Source: Ylistrum balloti
Taxonomy: Eukaryota
Assembly (NCBI RefSeq): GCF_031769215.1
Contig: NW_026782569.1
Location: 372,001-436,000, forward strand
Length of the DNA stretch: 64,000 bases
Direction: 5' to 3'
Shown here piece by piece: positions 1-12,615 of this stretch (positions are counted from its first letter, which is position 1; each line of letters starts with the position of its first letter). The position numbers were made by a program, and so were the translations under genes. The notes below the pieces were generated by a model. It ran no database searches. It was not told the origin of the DNA and saw nothing but the letters and a program-made list of their open reading frames with translations.

Positions 1-145
1 CGAAACTTTTCACTTTATAATGCTGAAAACGTCTCTGTATTCAGTTTTTGTTTTCAGCTTCTACGCGTCGAGATTCTATATAAATACTGTGGAAACTTTA
101 CTCAGACAGAACAATTATGATAACAAATAATGTTTATTGTCACAG

Positions 146-265
146 CCATGGAAGGGCACAAGGTTAGCAGACGTTTAGTATTGTCGAAGGATCCATGGAT
201 TCGTTTCTCAGAGGAAATCCAATCGCACATTATACGTGCCACTGTTATGTTGGGTTGTTTCCACG
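146..265 (+). CDS. Candidate internal exon (120 nt, phase 1-1) of an unidentified gene
   Basis: Acceptor tgtttattgtcacag| and donor |gtaata. One frame is open: (A)MEGHKVSRRLVLSKDPWIRFSEEIQSHIIRATVMLGCFH; the other two frames contain stops. No family recognised. Confidence 0.35.
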
Positions 266-608
266 GTAATACAATCTTTGAATGGTAACTATATTTACAC
301 ATGCGTTCTGTCGATAAAACCAATGTTGAAATTGCAATTGTTGAGCAAATATGTTATTGACTACACAGGATTTACCGTTTTCACAAGTTAAATTCTTAAT
401 GTTAAAATAATCAAGAACACACACACACACAATTGGCGAAAATTTTGGTACGATTTTTATCTATATATTGATAAGATGAAATAACGATAAACATCATTAT
501 CTAATAATATTCGTAAACAGTTCTATTTAAGAAGATTGCACACAAATCAAAGAAGTCAAAATTTCAATATAACTTAGTAAGAACCAGATAATGAATAGAA
601 CTGCGTAA

Positions 609-826
609 TACAGCTGTTTCGTCCTTCTAGGTCTCGTCATTGATACTACATCATACAGCTGTTTCGTCCTTCTACGTCTCGTCAGTGATTCTACATCATG
701 CAGCTGTTTCGTCCTTCTACGTCTCGTCAGTGATTCTACATCATACAGCTGTTTCGTCCTTCTAGGTCTCACCAGTGATACTACATCATATAGCTGTTTC
801 GTTCTTCTAAGTCTCGTAATTGATAA
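609..826 (-). ncRNA. Tandem array of five 45-bp minimal hammerhead ribozyme units
   Basis: Units start at 609, 654, 699, 744 and 789 (last one decayed). The reverse complement of unit 2 reads UGAU-GUAGA-AUCA (helix I), CUGACGA (core), GACG-UAGAA-GGAC (helix II, imperfect), GAAA, CAGCUG-UA (palindromic helix III plus GUA triplet). Confidence 0.85.
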
Positions 827-1821
827 TAAGGGCATATATCACGTAGCGTTAAGAAACTTATTCAATGATGGTGAAAATTCTTGAAATGGAGGTACATATA
901 CATTAGTCCCATCATTCATTAATTTTCTTCATTTTTTGAAAATAATTAATCCAGTAATTCCTGAATTGATCAAGTACGTGTATGCTCTAAAACGTGCCAA
1001 ATCCCAAGGACTAATTTCACTGGACAATCTAATATATACTGCGTCAAAGCTTAAAACGATTATGTTGTATCTTAATAAAATCTTGTAAGTTATTGATTTT
1101 TGTCACGGTATGGTGGTGTAGATATTTCATAAAAGAACTTTACATACTACTAAAAACATGAAATCTACCTATACATACACTCCACATCACTACGACAAAA
1201 CTCCATTATAATATATAGCCTGTACGTAGTAGGCAAAGTAACTATTAGGGTATAAAAATTCGACAATTATTGAATTACTTGTAAAATCTACTTGGTTTAT
1301 TAATGTTATAGATAAAAATAGGGCAATTGAAGGTGAATTTTACTGGATAAAAAATCTAGATTAAAAAGTCGATCAGACGGAGATATATACAAATCTGCTG
1401 CCTCCCATTTTATCACGGCTATGACGGGAGAAACAAAATGATCGCTATGGCTTCTATGTCTGGTATGTAACTTAATTTGGCTGCAAAGCGTATGTCTTAA
1501 AACGCGTTTCCTCTCAAAATTTCGGAATCAAAGCCAGTGAAAATATCCATTTTTTGGATTTAAACTGATTTCCGTCGATTTTTTTATCTGCAAGGAAAAT
1601 CAAAGTAAACGGTAGGTCCTTTATTTATCGACAAAGCGTCTCTCGGTATAGTTATTTAATATACATGTATCTTCCTATTCGTAATAGGACGATTTTATCT
1701 AATACAGAAAATCATTCTCCACATGAACTATACATTTACAATGGTTTTGCTTGTTTACAGAAGCACCTATTCCACGACGTTGTACAATGAACAAGAATTA
1801 GTGCTCGTTGATAAACCTTGT

Positions 1822-2407
1822 TGTACCTTATATCCCACAAACAAACTTCCGTATAAACAATGTTTCACCGTTCTTTATATCCACTAATAATCTTTCGTGA
1901 AAACAGTGTTTCGCCGTTCCGTATATCCTACTAACAAACTTTCGTGTTTCGCCGCCCTTTCTCATACCCCACTAACAATCTTTCATCAAGACAGTGCTCC
2001 CACGGTACCTCATACCCCACTAACAAACTTTCCTATGGACAGTGTTTCACTGTACTTTATATCCCACTAACAGACTTTCCTATGAACAGTGTTTCACTGT
2101 ACTTTATATCCCACTAACAAACTTTCGTGAAGATATTGTTTCACTGTACCTTATATCCCGCTAACAAACTTTCCTGTGAACAGTGTTTCACTGTACTTTA
2201 TATCCCACTAACAGACTTTCCTATGAACAGTGTTTCACTGTACTTTATATCCCACTAACAAACTTTCGTGAAGACAATGTTTCACTGTTCCTTATATCCC
2301 GCTAACAAACTTTCGTGAAGACAATGTTTCACTGTACCTCTCCCACTAACAAACTTTCGTGAAGACAATGTTTCACTGTACCTACTATCCCACTAACAAA
2401 CTTTCGT
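1822..2407. repeat. 47-bp minisatellite (~12 copies; degenerate copies continue to ~2770)
   Basis: Unit approximately ATATCCCACTAACAAACTTTCGTGAAGACAATGTTTCACTGTACCTT. Period confirmed by AGTGTTTCACTGT at 2041 and 2088. Confidence 0.92.
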
Positions 2408-2943
2408 ATTATGAAATGTTAAGCCTTGCCTGATATCCGACTTAAATCTTTCGTATAGAAAATTTTACACTGATTTCGTAAAATAAAGACTTTCGCCGTT
2501 ATTTCGTTACATGAATTCGTAATACAAAGTGTTTCACCGTGCCTTATATCTCATTGACATGACTTCGTAAGTGAAAGTGTTTAATCTTTATCTTCCGTCT
2601 CGTTGACACGAATTCGTAATATAACATGTTTTATCGCCGTCTTACCTCTCACTCAAATGACCTCGAAATGTTAATTATATACACCTTGTATTTCACAGAA
2701 AAAAACCCCTTTTGTATAGATTTTTTCACGGTAGCTTATATCCCACTTACACGACTTTCGTACATACATGTATATATAAAATGTGTAAGCAAACTTTCCT
2801 CACCTCTAAATCTTCTGTTTAAGAAAAGTATATTTATTGTTGATACCAGAAAATCCGATAATTGCTTGAAGAATTTACATTCTCAGAAGATGGAACATAA
2901 ATGTTTAGATACAAAACCATATTGCACCACTTGCTTAACACAG

Positions 2944-2961
2944 ATATATATATATATATAT
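2944..2961. repeat. (AT)9 microsatellite
   Basis: Read directly from the sequence. Confidence 0.95.
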
Positions 2962-4892
2962 TGTAACGAGAGGAAGATTACTTTTAGGTACTATGTATTC
3001 GTCTGACATCATTTATATGTATGAGAGCCAAACTGATTGAGATCCGTTTGATAATTTTACAAAATTATTTTGTACAATTATTGATTCGCTGAAACTGAAG
3101 ACAGGAAAAACATGTTTTCGGTGAATCCCTTATATTTTGTCGCAAATGACCACCTTTTGAATCATATGTATATAAGCACAGAATATGTTTATGACAAACA
3201 TAAATATATATACCTTGTTTATTGTATAAACACCTTCGTATGTGTATTTTTGGTATAAACAAATGATCATAGCATGTGAATGACGAATGTTTAACGTTAT
3301 TTTTAGTAACAAACGCGTCACATCATACAGTTACAAAACCGTGTATTTTGGATTAGATATCTATTTTTTTCCTGAAAATAGAAATCTTCTGAAATTCCTA
3401 CATTCTCAATTTGTTGGTTTTTTAAAGTGCGATTGTAAACATCCCTTCGCATGTAATAAACTCCAAATACCTCTTTTCTCATTTCGAATTAATCTTGACT
3501 CGTCAGACATGCATTACACATTACTTTACGATCTAACTTCTTTTATGTACTGTATATTGTCTGTTCTGTATCCGTAATAGATATAAAAGGTCGCACATGT
3601 CTTTCATATTTTATCACACAATCGTACACACTTGGACTTGACAGGAGCATTGTGATCCAAGTCACGAAGTACATTTATACAGTTATGCATGCGCCTCGCC
3701 AAATAGTCCCACGCGGTGAGACGGGAAGCAACCATTCAACCCGACCTGTACTTTAACAGAATAAAGCTAATATACTAACAGATATTATAAGCTCTCCGTT
3801 GATTTATAGATAGTGACTGATGTAATATGCACAGTTTTCCTCATTATTTAAATCTTTATAGACATTAATCTGATAAAACGTCCAAACATGGGCCTTAAGG
3901 GTAACGGTAAAATACGGAATAGACAACGGGTCTGCACAAAAAATAAAGCGGAACGCCAGACCAATGAACACGAATTTATTCCGACAATATCAAGGAAAGA
4001 GGAGATTGAAATCGCTATATATACCTAATAGATTTAAAATGGACAAAGTCCATCACTATCAGACATCTACTGAACAGCAAAATGAACCTACACATCCATA
4101 TCTTTTCCTATAAATCATGACATTAACTCTTTGTCCGGACGATTCCAGAAAAACCATTGCAAAATTAGGAACATGTTTCATGATTTCCGGTAACGGGGGA
4201 GAAAACGACCTAATTAACTTTGAAGAAAATGTCTTAAACCGTTATGTGATATTAACAAGCTTTTCATAGCTTTTCATCTAGAATTCCAGCCGATGTTAAC
4301 ATGGTCTGAACTGCCGGAAGCATACCTTTACTCTTTCATGTCCTGTGATAATTTGCGGTTCATGACGCCATGAATGCCACAATTTCAATATTAAACAGCA
4401 GATACTAATTATCTGGTCAACCAGTAAAGGTAATGATATTAAACCTGCCCTCAGATTTGCTATGTTTACAGACGACGTATAAAAATAATGAATAGAAGTT
4501 CATCTAAAACATTTTCTACATTATAACCAGTTTGACCTTTACATAAAAGAAAATTACCTAGTATAAAAGAAAACATACCAAAAGATACGGTTCGTCTTGG
4601 GAACCGTAAATGCGAAAGTGTTTACAGCAGAGGAGAACATTTAAATGTGAATCCATCGTAAACTATGTCGAATGATCTTTATGTGGGTAGCGGAAATAAA
4701 GATGGACACGGAAAGGGATACCTAATGTTAAGGCTATCTCTATAGAGAAGAGGACTTTGAACCTCAGATTCCGATGTGTGATAGATACTTAAACCGGGGC
4801 AAGATTTTCTATGCCTATAGCGTGCACAAACTTTGATTCTGAATAGCTCTTGTCATTCTGTACGTAAATACAAGACGCCGATAATAGCTGCA

Positions 4893-5247
4893 GCAGCAGG
4901 CGGTGCTCTGACCATAATACGATGAGTTGGCGAGGTCCTTCCAACAGACGGCGCTAAAGCCGCAAGACAATTTCACATTCTGTACCAACAGGTACGATTT
5001 TTAAGCGGCAGGTTCTTCCACCACGTTCCAGTAAAGCAGGGATAAACTGACACTATTTCTACCAACAGATGGCGCAAAAATACAATGACTTTCCTTTTAC
5101 CGACAAGTGGCATTAAAGTCACCACGAAAGGGCATTGTGTGCTCAAACACGTGTAGTTAAAGCTTTTGTATCTGATTCATTCTCACGTATACGTGACGCT
5201 GTAATAACCACCAACAGACGGCACTTTTTCCGCCAGCAGTAGTAATG
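4893..5247 (+). promoter_or_regulatory. Cluster of co-oriented CTCF-like motifs
   Basis: GCAGCAGGCGGTGCT (4893), CCAACAGACGGCGCT (4941), CCAACAGATGGCGCA (5062), CCGACAAGTGGCATT (5100), CCAACAGACGGCACT (5211). These resemble the CTCF core CCASYAGRKGGCRS. Confidence 0.4.
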
Positions 5248-5455
5248 AAGTACTGGGTTTAACTTCTAATTATGGTATAGTTGTTGGATAACCAATCTTA
5301 TCTTTGTAAGAAACAAATATAGAATAATTTGTTTATTTCGAGTTTTACATCAAACAGCGAAGATAAAACTTCCCTACCATGAAGTAGCAAAAGCTAATGT
5401 CACCAAAATAATTCTTGTTGTCTTTATAAGTAAATAATGAATTTCTAATTTACAG

Positions 5456-5523
5456 AAATGTTCCGGTCACTTTCGTGTCCTCAATAATTACTACCAATCG
5501 CCCGAGCTCTCGCCCTGGTTAAG
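5456..5523 (+). CDS. Candidate exon (68 nt)
   Basis: Acceptor ttctaatttacag| and donor AAG|gtatgg. Only frame 0 is open through the exon: KCSGHFRVLNNYYQSPELSPWL. Confidence 0.25.
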
Positions 5524-6601
5524 GTATGGCGTGACTGACCATTACCAGACCAGAAATTGCCGGTCATACGACCTTAATTTTCCGACAACAGACTACAGAC
5601 ATTGCTCCTCTGTCATAACTATCTAGACCCAGTCTACAGAGGGATAAAACACAAAAGTTCCACTGACACGTGATTCAATTTGTTGTCTTTCTTTCAGACG
5701 GATCAACATTCAAGCTTGCTCGTTGAATCGCATATGTATTTTTCATATTTTTGTGCTTTGCGACATTTTCATACCATATACAAGTAACCTATCATACTCA
5801 GATATCTACTCAAAACATCAATCTTGTATCAGTAATCAACTTGTCCAAGCCTTAAAGAGTGCAAGTGTTTACCCCAAGAGGGCACCTTTCTAGAAGCGCT
5901 TCTTATGAGTTTTTTTTTCTCTCTACAAATTCACACCGATGTGTGGGGCCTATAGCCGTGCTTCTAAGCCAAATGTACTATTAACACGAGTTTGGTAATT
6001 TTGTAATCTATTCGCATGTCACAGTCAATATTTGGGACAGTCTGAAACGATTTACTGAGATGTAAGTACAACCTCCAGCGGAGAAGCTATGCTGGGCATT
6101 GGTTCATCATCGTGAAATATTTAAGAAAATGAATGTGGTATTTGAGACAGTAATACGTGAACTATGCATTAAGAACAGCCCACTATTATAGGGATAAAGT
6201 AACACATTAGTTTTACAAATCATTTAATCATTTGTAACGAATCTTTACTTATTTATGTATATAGACACGATAATTTAGAAACAAACGTTTGTTTAAAATA
6301 GTTGTTAGACTCCCTTTGATAGAAATCTAATTTAATCAATTTACGAAATAAATGGCTTTGTTGAAATATATCATAAACGTCAAAACGAAATAATGTTATT
6401 CCAATTAAAAACCTTCCTGCGTCATTAGGGTTATCTACGAAGACTTCAGCATGCAACTCGTCTTTGTTTCTCTGTTTTTTGTGTTCTTGATACTTATTTC
6501 TGTTATTTCTTTGTGAATAAACGGTACATCAGACTCAAGATAGCGAATACGTAAGAATGCTGTGACGAGATTTACACTTTTTTTACATTAAATTTTTATA
6601 G

Positions 6602-6636
6602 CTGTTCTCTACATACCACCGCGGTTTATCGGGATG
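6602..6636 (+). CDS. Candidate micro-exon (35 nt)
   Basis: Acceptor aatttttatag| and perfect donor ATG|gtaagt. Reads (A)VLYIPPRFIGM, phase 1 to 0, compatible with exons 146-265 and 7274-7357. Confidence 0.35.
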
Positions 6637-7273
6637 GTAAGTTCATTAATTCTGTAAGAAGTTCGTAGCAGTGGTAACGAGGCTTGGCGAAATTTGACAA
6701 GTACAGCTTCAAATGCCAACTTATCGAAGGGGGAGTTCGAAGATTTGAGGAAATGAGTGGGAGGAGGGCGTGAAAGCGAGGGCAATGCCATGCCGAATTC
6801 GTTGTTGGCATAGGTATTTGGCAAATATCAAAGATAAAAAGGGGAAATCAACCCCTCTGTTATTCCAATTGGTATCGGAGGACAGATGTCATTCTCATCA
6901 CGCCAGAAATCGTGTGTACTAGGGTGAATTTTATGATGTATATTGATAACCAGATCATCGGTCATTATTTATAAACATGAAACATACGAGTAAACAAGTA
7001 CTCACACTGAACGTTGCTGTGCCACCAACTTTATTTCAGACGAATTATAATAGTTTTCACTACTTTATGATTTATAGTAGATGGGTGGCAGGTTCCATAT
7101 ATACAGATAAAAACTCTTAACTCCTAGGCCCCAAATATTTTCTACTGCAATTCACACTGGTATAATTCAAGCAAATTGAAATCAATAAATAGCTGGGTAA
7201 ACGAGTCAGCCAGTTTTGTTTTCTTCATTTAAAATTTGAAACAATTTATGTAGTAGTGCTTTCCTTTCCGCAG

Positions 7274-7357
7274 ATTTCACGATTGTTAAAAGAACCTGAA
7301 CTGTTGCTCAACATCTCATTGAAACCAATGTTTCCGGATTTCAAAAGGAAGCACTAA
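7274..7357 (+). CDS. Candidate terminal exon
   Basis: Strong acceptor gctttcctttccgcag|. Frame 0 reads ISRLLKEPELLLNISLKPMFPDFKRKH-stop; the other frames stop within 9 codons. Confidence 0.4.
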   Translation: MSRLLKEPELLLNISLKPMFPDFKRKH

Positions 7358-9584
7358 CGTGAAGTCATGGCGTCCGGTAATATCAGGAATTCCGGAAATG
7401 TGGTGTTTGGGCACACATTCATCACGCGACGTACTAACGTTGCCTTCATGTCAGCGGCATTGAGGCGAACTGTGATTAAACGCAGTTATGTTCTTTACAA
7501 CCATTTTGACGTCCTTAATTGAAATTGCTGTAATTTTGTAGTATTTTTTTCTTTATCTGGAAAGCTTCAAATAAGTGATATTTCATGGAGGAACTCAAGC
7601 TTTTTGTCTGAACGATTTTTCAATCAATCTTCATTTAAGAATGAAAAAAAAAAAAAAAACATAACTTTGAATGTGCTAGAAAATACAATCTAAGCCTATT
7701 CTGCCTTCCACAAGTCGGTACTGAAAGCGTGGTGACTCTTTGTTGTCATATTGTGGTACTAAAAACATCAAGAAAATACCAACATGTCGACATATAGACC
7801 ATAATCCGAAGTCGAATTCCATTAGGACAATATATGAATTAAGTAAAATCATATAGAGAAGAGGCACCATTTTAACAATGATTCGAAACGTTTGTCCTCT
7901 AGTGAAAATTATTATCGTATATTATTACATGACCTAAGAGCGGACATTGTAGAAGTCAATCTAGAAATGATTTTGAATCAAATTATTTTCCAATGTTAAA
8001 CCCTACTTACAATACCATGTAAAGTAACTTATCGATACGTTCTAGGCAAATCAATCACCAGTTTAACAGACATGTATTTAAAAATATCAATGAGGTGTTT
8101 TACTTAAGGTTTAAAAGACATTGTTAGGTGTTTGACAAGTCGGAGAATGTTAAAGAACATATGCTACCTTGTTTGACACCCACATGTACGCAATCACGTG
8201 TACCAAAACACCTAGAATACAAATAAAAAACCCCAAAGATTAATGAAAAGTTTCTAAGCGAAGGCTTCTGTGATAAATGAAAAGTATAATTGTTAAAGAA
8301 TTACATGCTGGTAGTATTGTTATTGAATTATCACTTTCAGTGCTGTACTGATGTACTGGTTTTGTAAATTTCAGAATTGTACGAACTTTAAGAATAAACT
8401 GCAAAGGTGGAAACACTTAAAAAAGACAGCATCATATAAATTTACTCCAATCAGTTTATGACTAAATGGCGGGTTTATAGTACTAGTTATTGAAGTTCAA
8501 CTGATGTTTTGCCATATTGACCGACATTGGGGAAAAGTGTTAATATGCGACTGTAGAAAACCCGAGTTAAATGTGGCAAATACCACAGACAAGTTATTCA
8601 TCATTGAGAGCAACAACGGAGTTTTCGTGTTTTTCTTTACTTCAATAGTTATCAGAGATTTTGTTTAATGGCGAAGGAGAGTGGAACAGAGCGATTAGTA
8701 AAAAGGTTATAATCAATGAAGAGTGCTGGGACCGAAACACATGCTGATGCATTTAATAAACTCGTTACAAATTATCATATTACTATTTCATTTATAACAT
8801 TGCCTCTATATACATCTGAATGTATTGTTACACTACGTCTACAGTAAATTTAACATTTTCGTTTGAATTTTCATGAAGTACCGATATTGTAACTAAACAT
8901 CTACTGAATTGTACAAGACATGAAAACACATATATTAGATATTCCTTGGATTCTTGATTTTTCCATTAAAAAATCAATAATTGTGATTTTATTTGATTTG
9001 AGGGTAAAACGATTTCAGTGTTGGGAACCTTTTAACAGGATACCATACACACAGATGAATCGTTCTCCTTCTTCCTCGATGTAGCAAACTGCAATAGAAA
9101 TATATGCCTCTTTCCTTACTTAGAGTAGAAGAACATTTTTTGGAATAAAATTGTGTTTCCAACACACTTCAAGGCTGCAGCGTCAAGTATTGGTGGCAAG
9201 GGAAATAAAACACGGGGAAAGAGCCTTGATAGATGAACATGGATGCATTTTCCCCATTCGCTTCCATCACACGTATAGGTATAACTTGTGACACTTTTAT
9301 CTAAAGATATACATCAAATTTCTCCGATTGACAGCCCTTAACCCATGACTTCATCAATGATTTAAAGTTGTGGCGACATTTTAAAATGTCAATGCCATAC
9401 TCTACTTTTTGGGATATATATACAGAGGAAAGGTCGTGATGGGAAGTTCGAGATGCATACGTACATGTACATATTAATGTACATGCATATCGTATGTCTG
9501 ATTACACCAATGTAACTGTGGTAAAATACTAGCCGCAATATACTACTCGGCTAGAGAGAACTTCTTTTTTTAATTCGCTTTGTT

Positions 9585-9665
9585 GAGCGTCTGACTAGTA
9601 AACCAGGGATCCCGGGTTCGATTCCTAGCGGAGGAATTGTAATAAATAATGACCTCTGTTACACC
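9585..9665 (+). mobile_element. tRNA-derived SINE fragment, family A (5'-truncated)
   Basis: B-box GGTTCGATTCC within an anticodon/T-arm-like stretch, followed by a non-tRNA body (AGCGGAGG...TAATGACCTCT). Colinear with the inverted copy at 13231-13303. Confidence 0.75.
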
Positions 9666-12555
9666 AATGCTGGTCCACATAAAGGCCTTATTCCTTAAAC
9701 TCGCAATCCTCTTTCTTGGTTAATTCGCGTCAAATGAAAGGTAGATAAACTTCACAGATCAATGATATTACTTGTCTTATAATAGTTTTACTACTAGGTA
9801 AATAGAAAACATCGAGACGTGTAAAACAAAGGCTTTATTCACAATGTAGGCTATTTGTATGCAGTATCATTTTACAAACTCTTATTTGACATATTTTACG
9901 CAATATGCACGCGATAAACCTGAGATCAATCATCTTGTGCATTACCCCGCGTGCATGTGTGAAGGATGTGTTTTCTAAATATTACTAATTTTCTCTTTAA
10001 TTTCTATTATGAAAGGTGTTCGTATCAAGTACATATGATATATTAATTTACGAATGCGTTGTTCAATAGATTTTATAATGATAAAGAAGCAAATATTTCG
10101 TCAGTTATCACAAAGATATCTTTTTGATGCTGGCACAGATTTTATAAAGCAAGAAATAAGACAGACAAGATGTCTTTATACAATTAGGAAACACATAATG
10201 TTTTCGGCGAAATCAATTGAAATTGTGTTTCAAATGTAATGAAAGACTACAAGAATTGACTGTTAAACACTTAACCATGTGGCGATAATTGACGAGCCTA
10301 ATAAAACTCAAGGTTAGCCTCAGTTGTACGCCTAAAACAGTGTTAACTGACAATCAAGTGCCTAATAGACTTAGTTTTGTTTCAAGTCGTCGATTTTTTA
10401 CAATCCTATTGCAACACTTGAATAGAGAACGGCTCCCAGGTGAAGTGGATTGCTTCTGATTTCTCCTTCTTTATGACTAACAACGATATCGCGACTTAGC
10501 TAGTGACCGCTTTGGACCTGTTAAGAGCCCTGCGGTATTATAAGCTGCCTTAGTATTAAGACAGTTTCAAGTCAAAGAGAAAAGGCGCTTCAATAAGGTG
10601 CAAATTTATCGAAGCGATTTTAAATTCCGTGCTTCCTCAACTTTCATTCTGAAATTAAATGCATTTTACCGAGAACATACTGTTTATCTAACTAATGTAT
10701 CGTCCGTAGCAATGCACGGAGTGATCATCAGAGAGCTTTAACCACATAACCATTGACAAAAGACTTTTTTTCTATGTGTATCATTCATGTTACCATCCAA
10801 AGTTTTGAAAAGAGTAAACCAGTAGAGGCTACACTTGTAAACGTTAAATTAACCAGCAAAAACCTTATGCATTTAAGTACTGCCTTAATAAAGAATAAAC
10901 AATATATGTAAAAAACTTAAAGAATCTGATGGTCCGACAATATAAAAGCCGTACCATTGATTACACTAGGGTGCTACTCGATGCGGGAGCGTATATTACT
11001 ACTGCGAGGGTGAATGTTATCAGGTACACTCTGTATAATTTTAGATAATGCCAAGCTCTCAAAACTATAAAAGCAGCGCTAACGAAAACATCAAGTTTAG
11101 TTTAGAAGTATGTACACGTCATCCTTCGAATATTTCATATTGTTTCTGATGAGATCAGGCAGGAAAAATTAATGCTAATATATAGATATTTATATATATC
11201 GAGATCTAGCCACATTTCTCGAAAAACCTAGATGATTGCATAAACAACACCCAATATACCTTTTCGGATGAGCTAGACGACAAGTTTTGGATTTGTGTGA
11301 AAAAAAAAAACAAGATGTATGAGCGAATGACCGGGTTAAATTGCAGGGGTAACATAAATTTTACAAGGAAAAAAAGATACCACACTTTAAAACTAAAGTA
11401 CACTATACTTCAAGGAGCCACATAAAATATTACACTACGTTTCAGATATAGAGGTTACACAAAGAAAAACAGGAGTGTGTACTGTATTCTGTTTCTACAA
11501 AAATTAAAAAAGAAATCCATCCAAAGTTGAAAGGAACTTTGAAGCTAGTTGATACGCAAAACTCACAATTTCAGAAATACAATTATTTATTACCTTGCAT
11601 TATCAAAAAAGGTTTAAAAATCCAATTACGAATCTATTTAAAATAAAAACAGTCGTGAACTACTCAATGCGCCTTATAATTTCCGTCAGTAAGTGAAATG
11701 TTCTTTCAGTCAAAGATCATCCTGTCAGTCTAATAAAATATTATATAAGGTAGCCGTCAATTTTCATGTTGTTAAGAAATAATTCAGTTTATCACATAGA
11801 TATAATATCGAGCTTGATTTTAAAAAAATGCAAGTCGTTTCCGAATTACTACTATATTCGATATGATACAGAGATACAGTACAATATATAGACACCTCCA
11901 TATAAGAGACGCCTGCCTGGCTTAGGTCAGCGCTCATACGCCTCCATTACGTCAACAACGTCATTCTATATTCAGTTATGTGGTTTACATATTCTATGTC
12001 GTTAATACATGATACAGTTGGTACAAGAGTTACAACTAGTTGTGACAATAAAACTAGCCAAATTAAGAACATAAAAGTTATCGATCTTATTCGTGTTTAT
12101 ACATGCTCCGTCAAATACTCGCGCCAGCGTCTGCCTGCCTGTGGTATGAATCATGATACATGCACATTGACAGCCGTGAATACAGCTACTCAGCAAGTCC
12201 ACAATGTTGTTCTCTCCAAAAGAACATGTCCAGTTTTAATTTTATCATCAATACCTATTAAATTTATACATGTCGACTGTTATGTGTAAAAGTGAAGACG
12301 GCAATGTGTGTAGATATATAAACATATCAGCAAATTAACATGAGCAACGAAGTTCCAAAATATTAATGAGTTTTCGTAAAATAGGAAAATAGTTTACAAG
12401 CCACAAACGTGAATTGTCTATACTATAAACACTTTGAAATATACCAAGTCCTTGAGGACTGACTGTTGAATATGTCGCTGGACGCCATGGTCATTTTGGG
12501 ACTGGATTTCTTTATTTTACATGGAGGTGGTAATTACTTCATTGAACAACATACG

Positions 12556-12615
12556 GAAGACCCGTCGCATGTCACCCAGAACCAAGCTGTTTAGTATCTT
12601 GCCGAAAGACACAAT
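12556..12615 (+). mobile_element. Dispersed repeat fragment resembling a Meta-type SINE central domain
   Basis: CCGTCGCATGTCACCCA...TATCTTGCCGAAAGACACAA aligns with 57723-57783 and resembles the AAGTGTCTTGCYCAAGGACACAAC motif recalled for Meta-type SINEs. Confidence 0.4.

Noticed and set aside
527-835. 102-aa minus-strand ORF with repeated RRTKQLYDV motifs
   Set aside because: It is a translation artefact of the 45-bp (in-frame) hammerhead repeat.
3880-4750. Possible decayed coding region (short protein-like stretches in shifting frames)
   Set aside because: There are many stops in every frame and no recognisable motif, so it is indistinguishable from background.
6609-6965. Minus frame of ~118 codons interrupted by a single TGA (selenoprotein idea)
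   Set aside because: No recognisable family, redox motif or SECIS. It overlaps a better plus-strand exon candidate, and such frames occur by chance.
9045-9090. Minus micro-exon reading VCYIEEEGERFICV (EGF-like idea)
   Set aside because: The required next Cys is absent, the donor is ambiguous, and no partner exons were found.
11143-11175. CTGATGA...GAAA hammerhead-like string
   Set aside because: No helix II pairing, no helix III/NUH, and no helix I.
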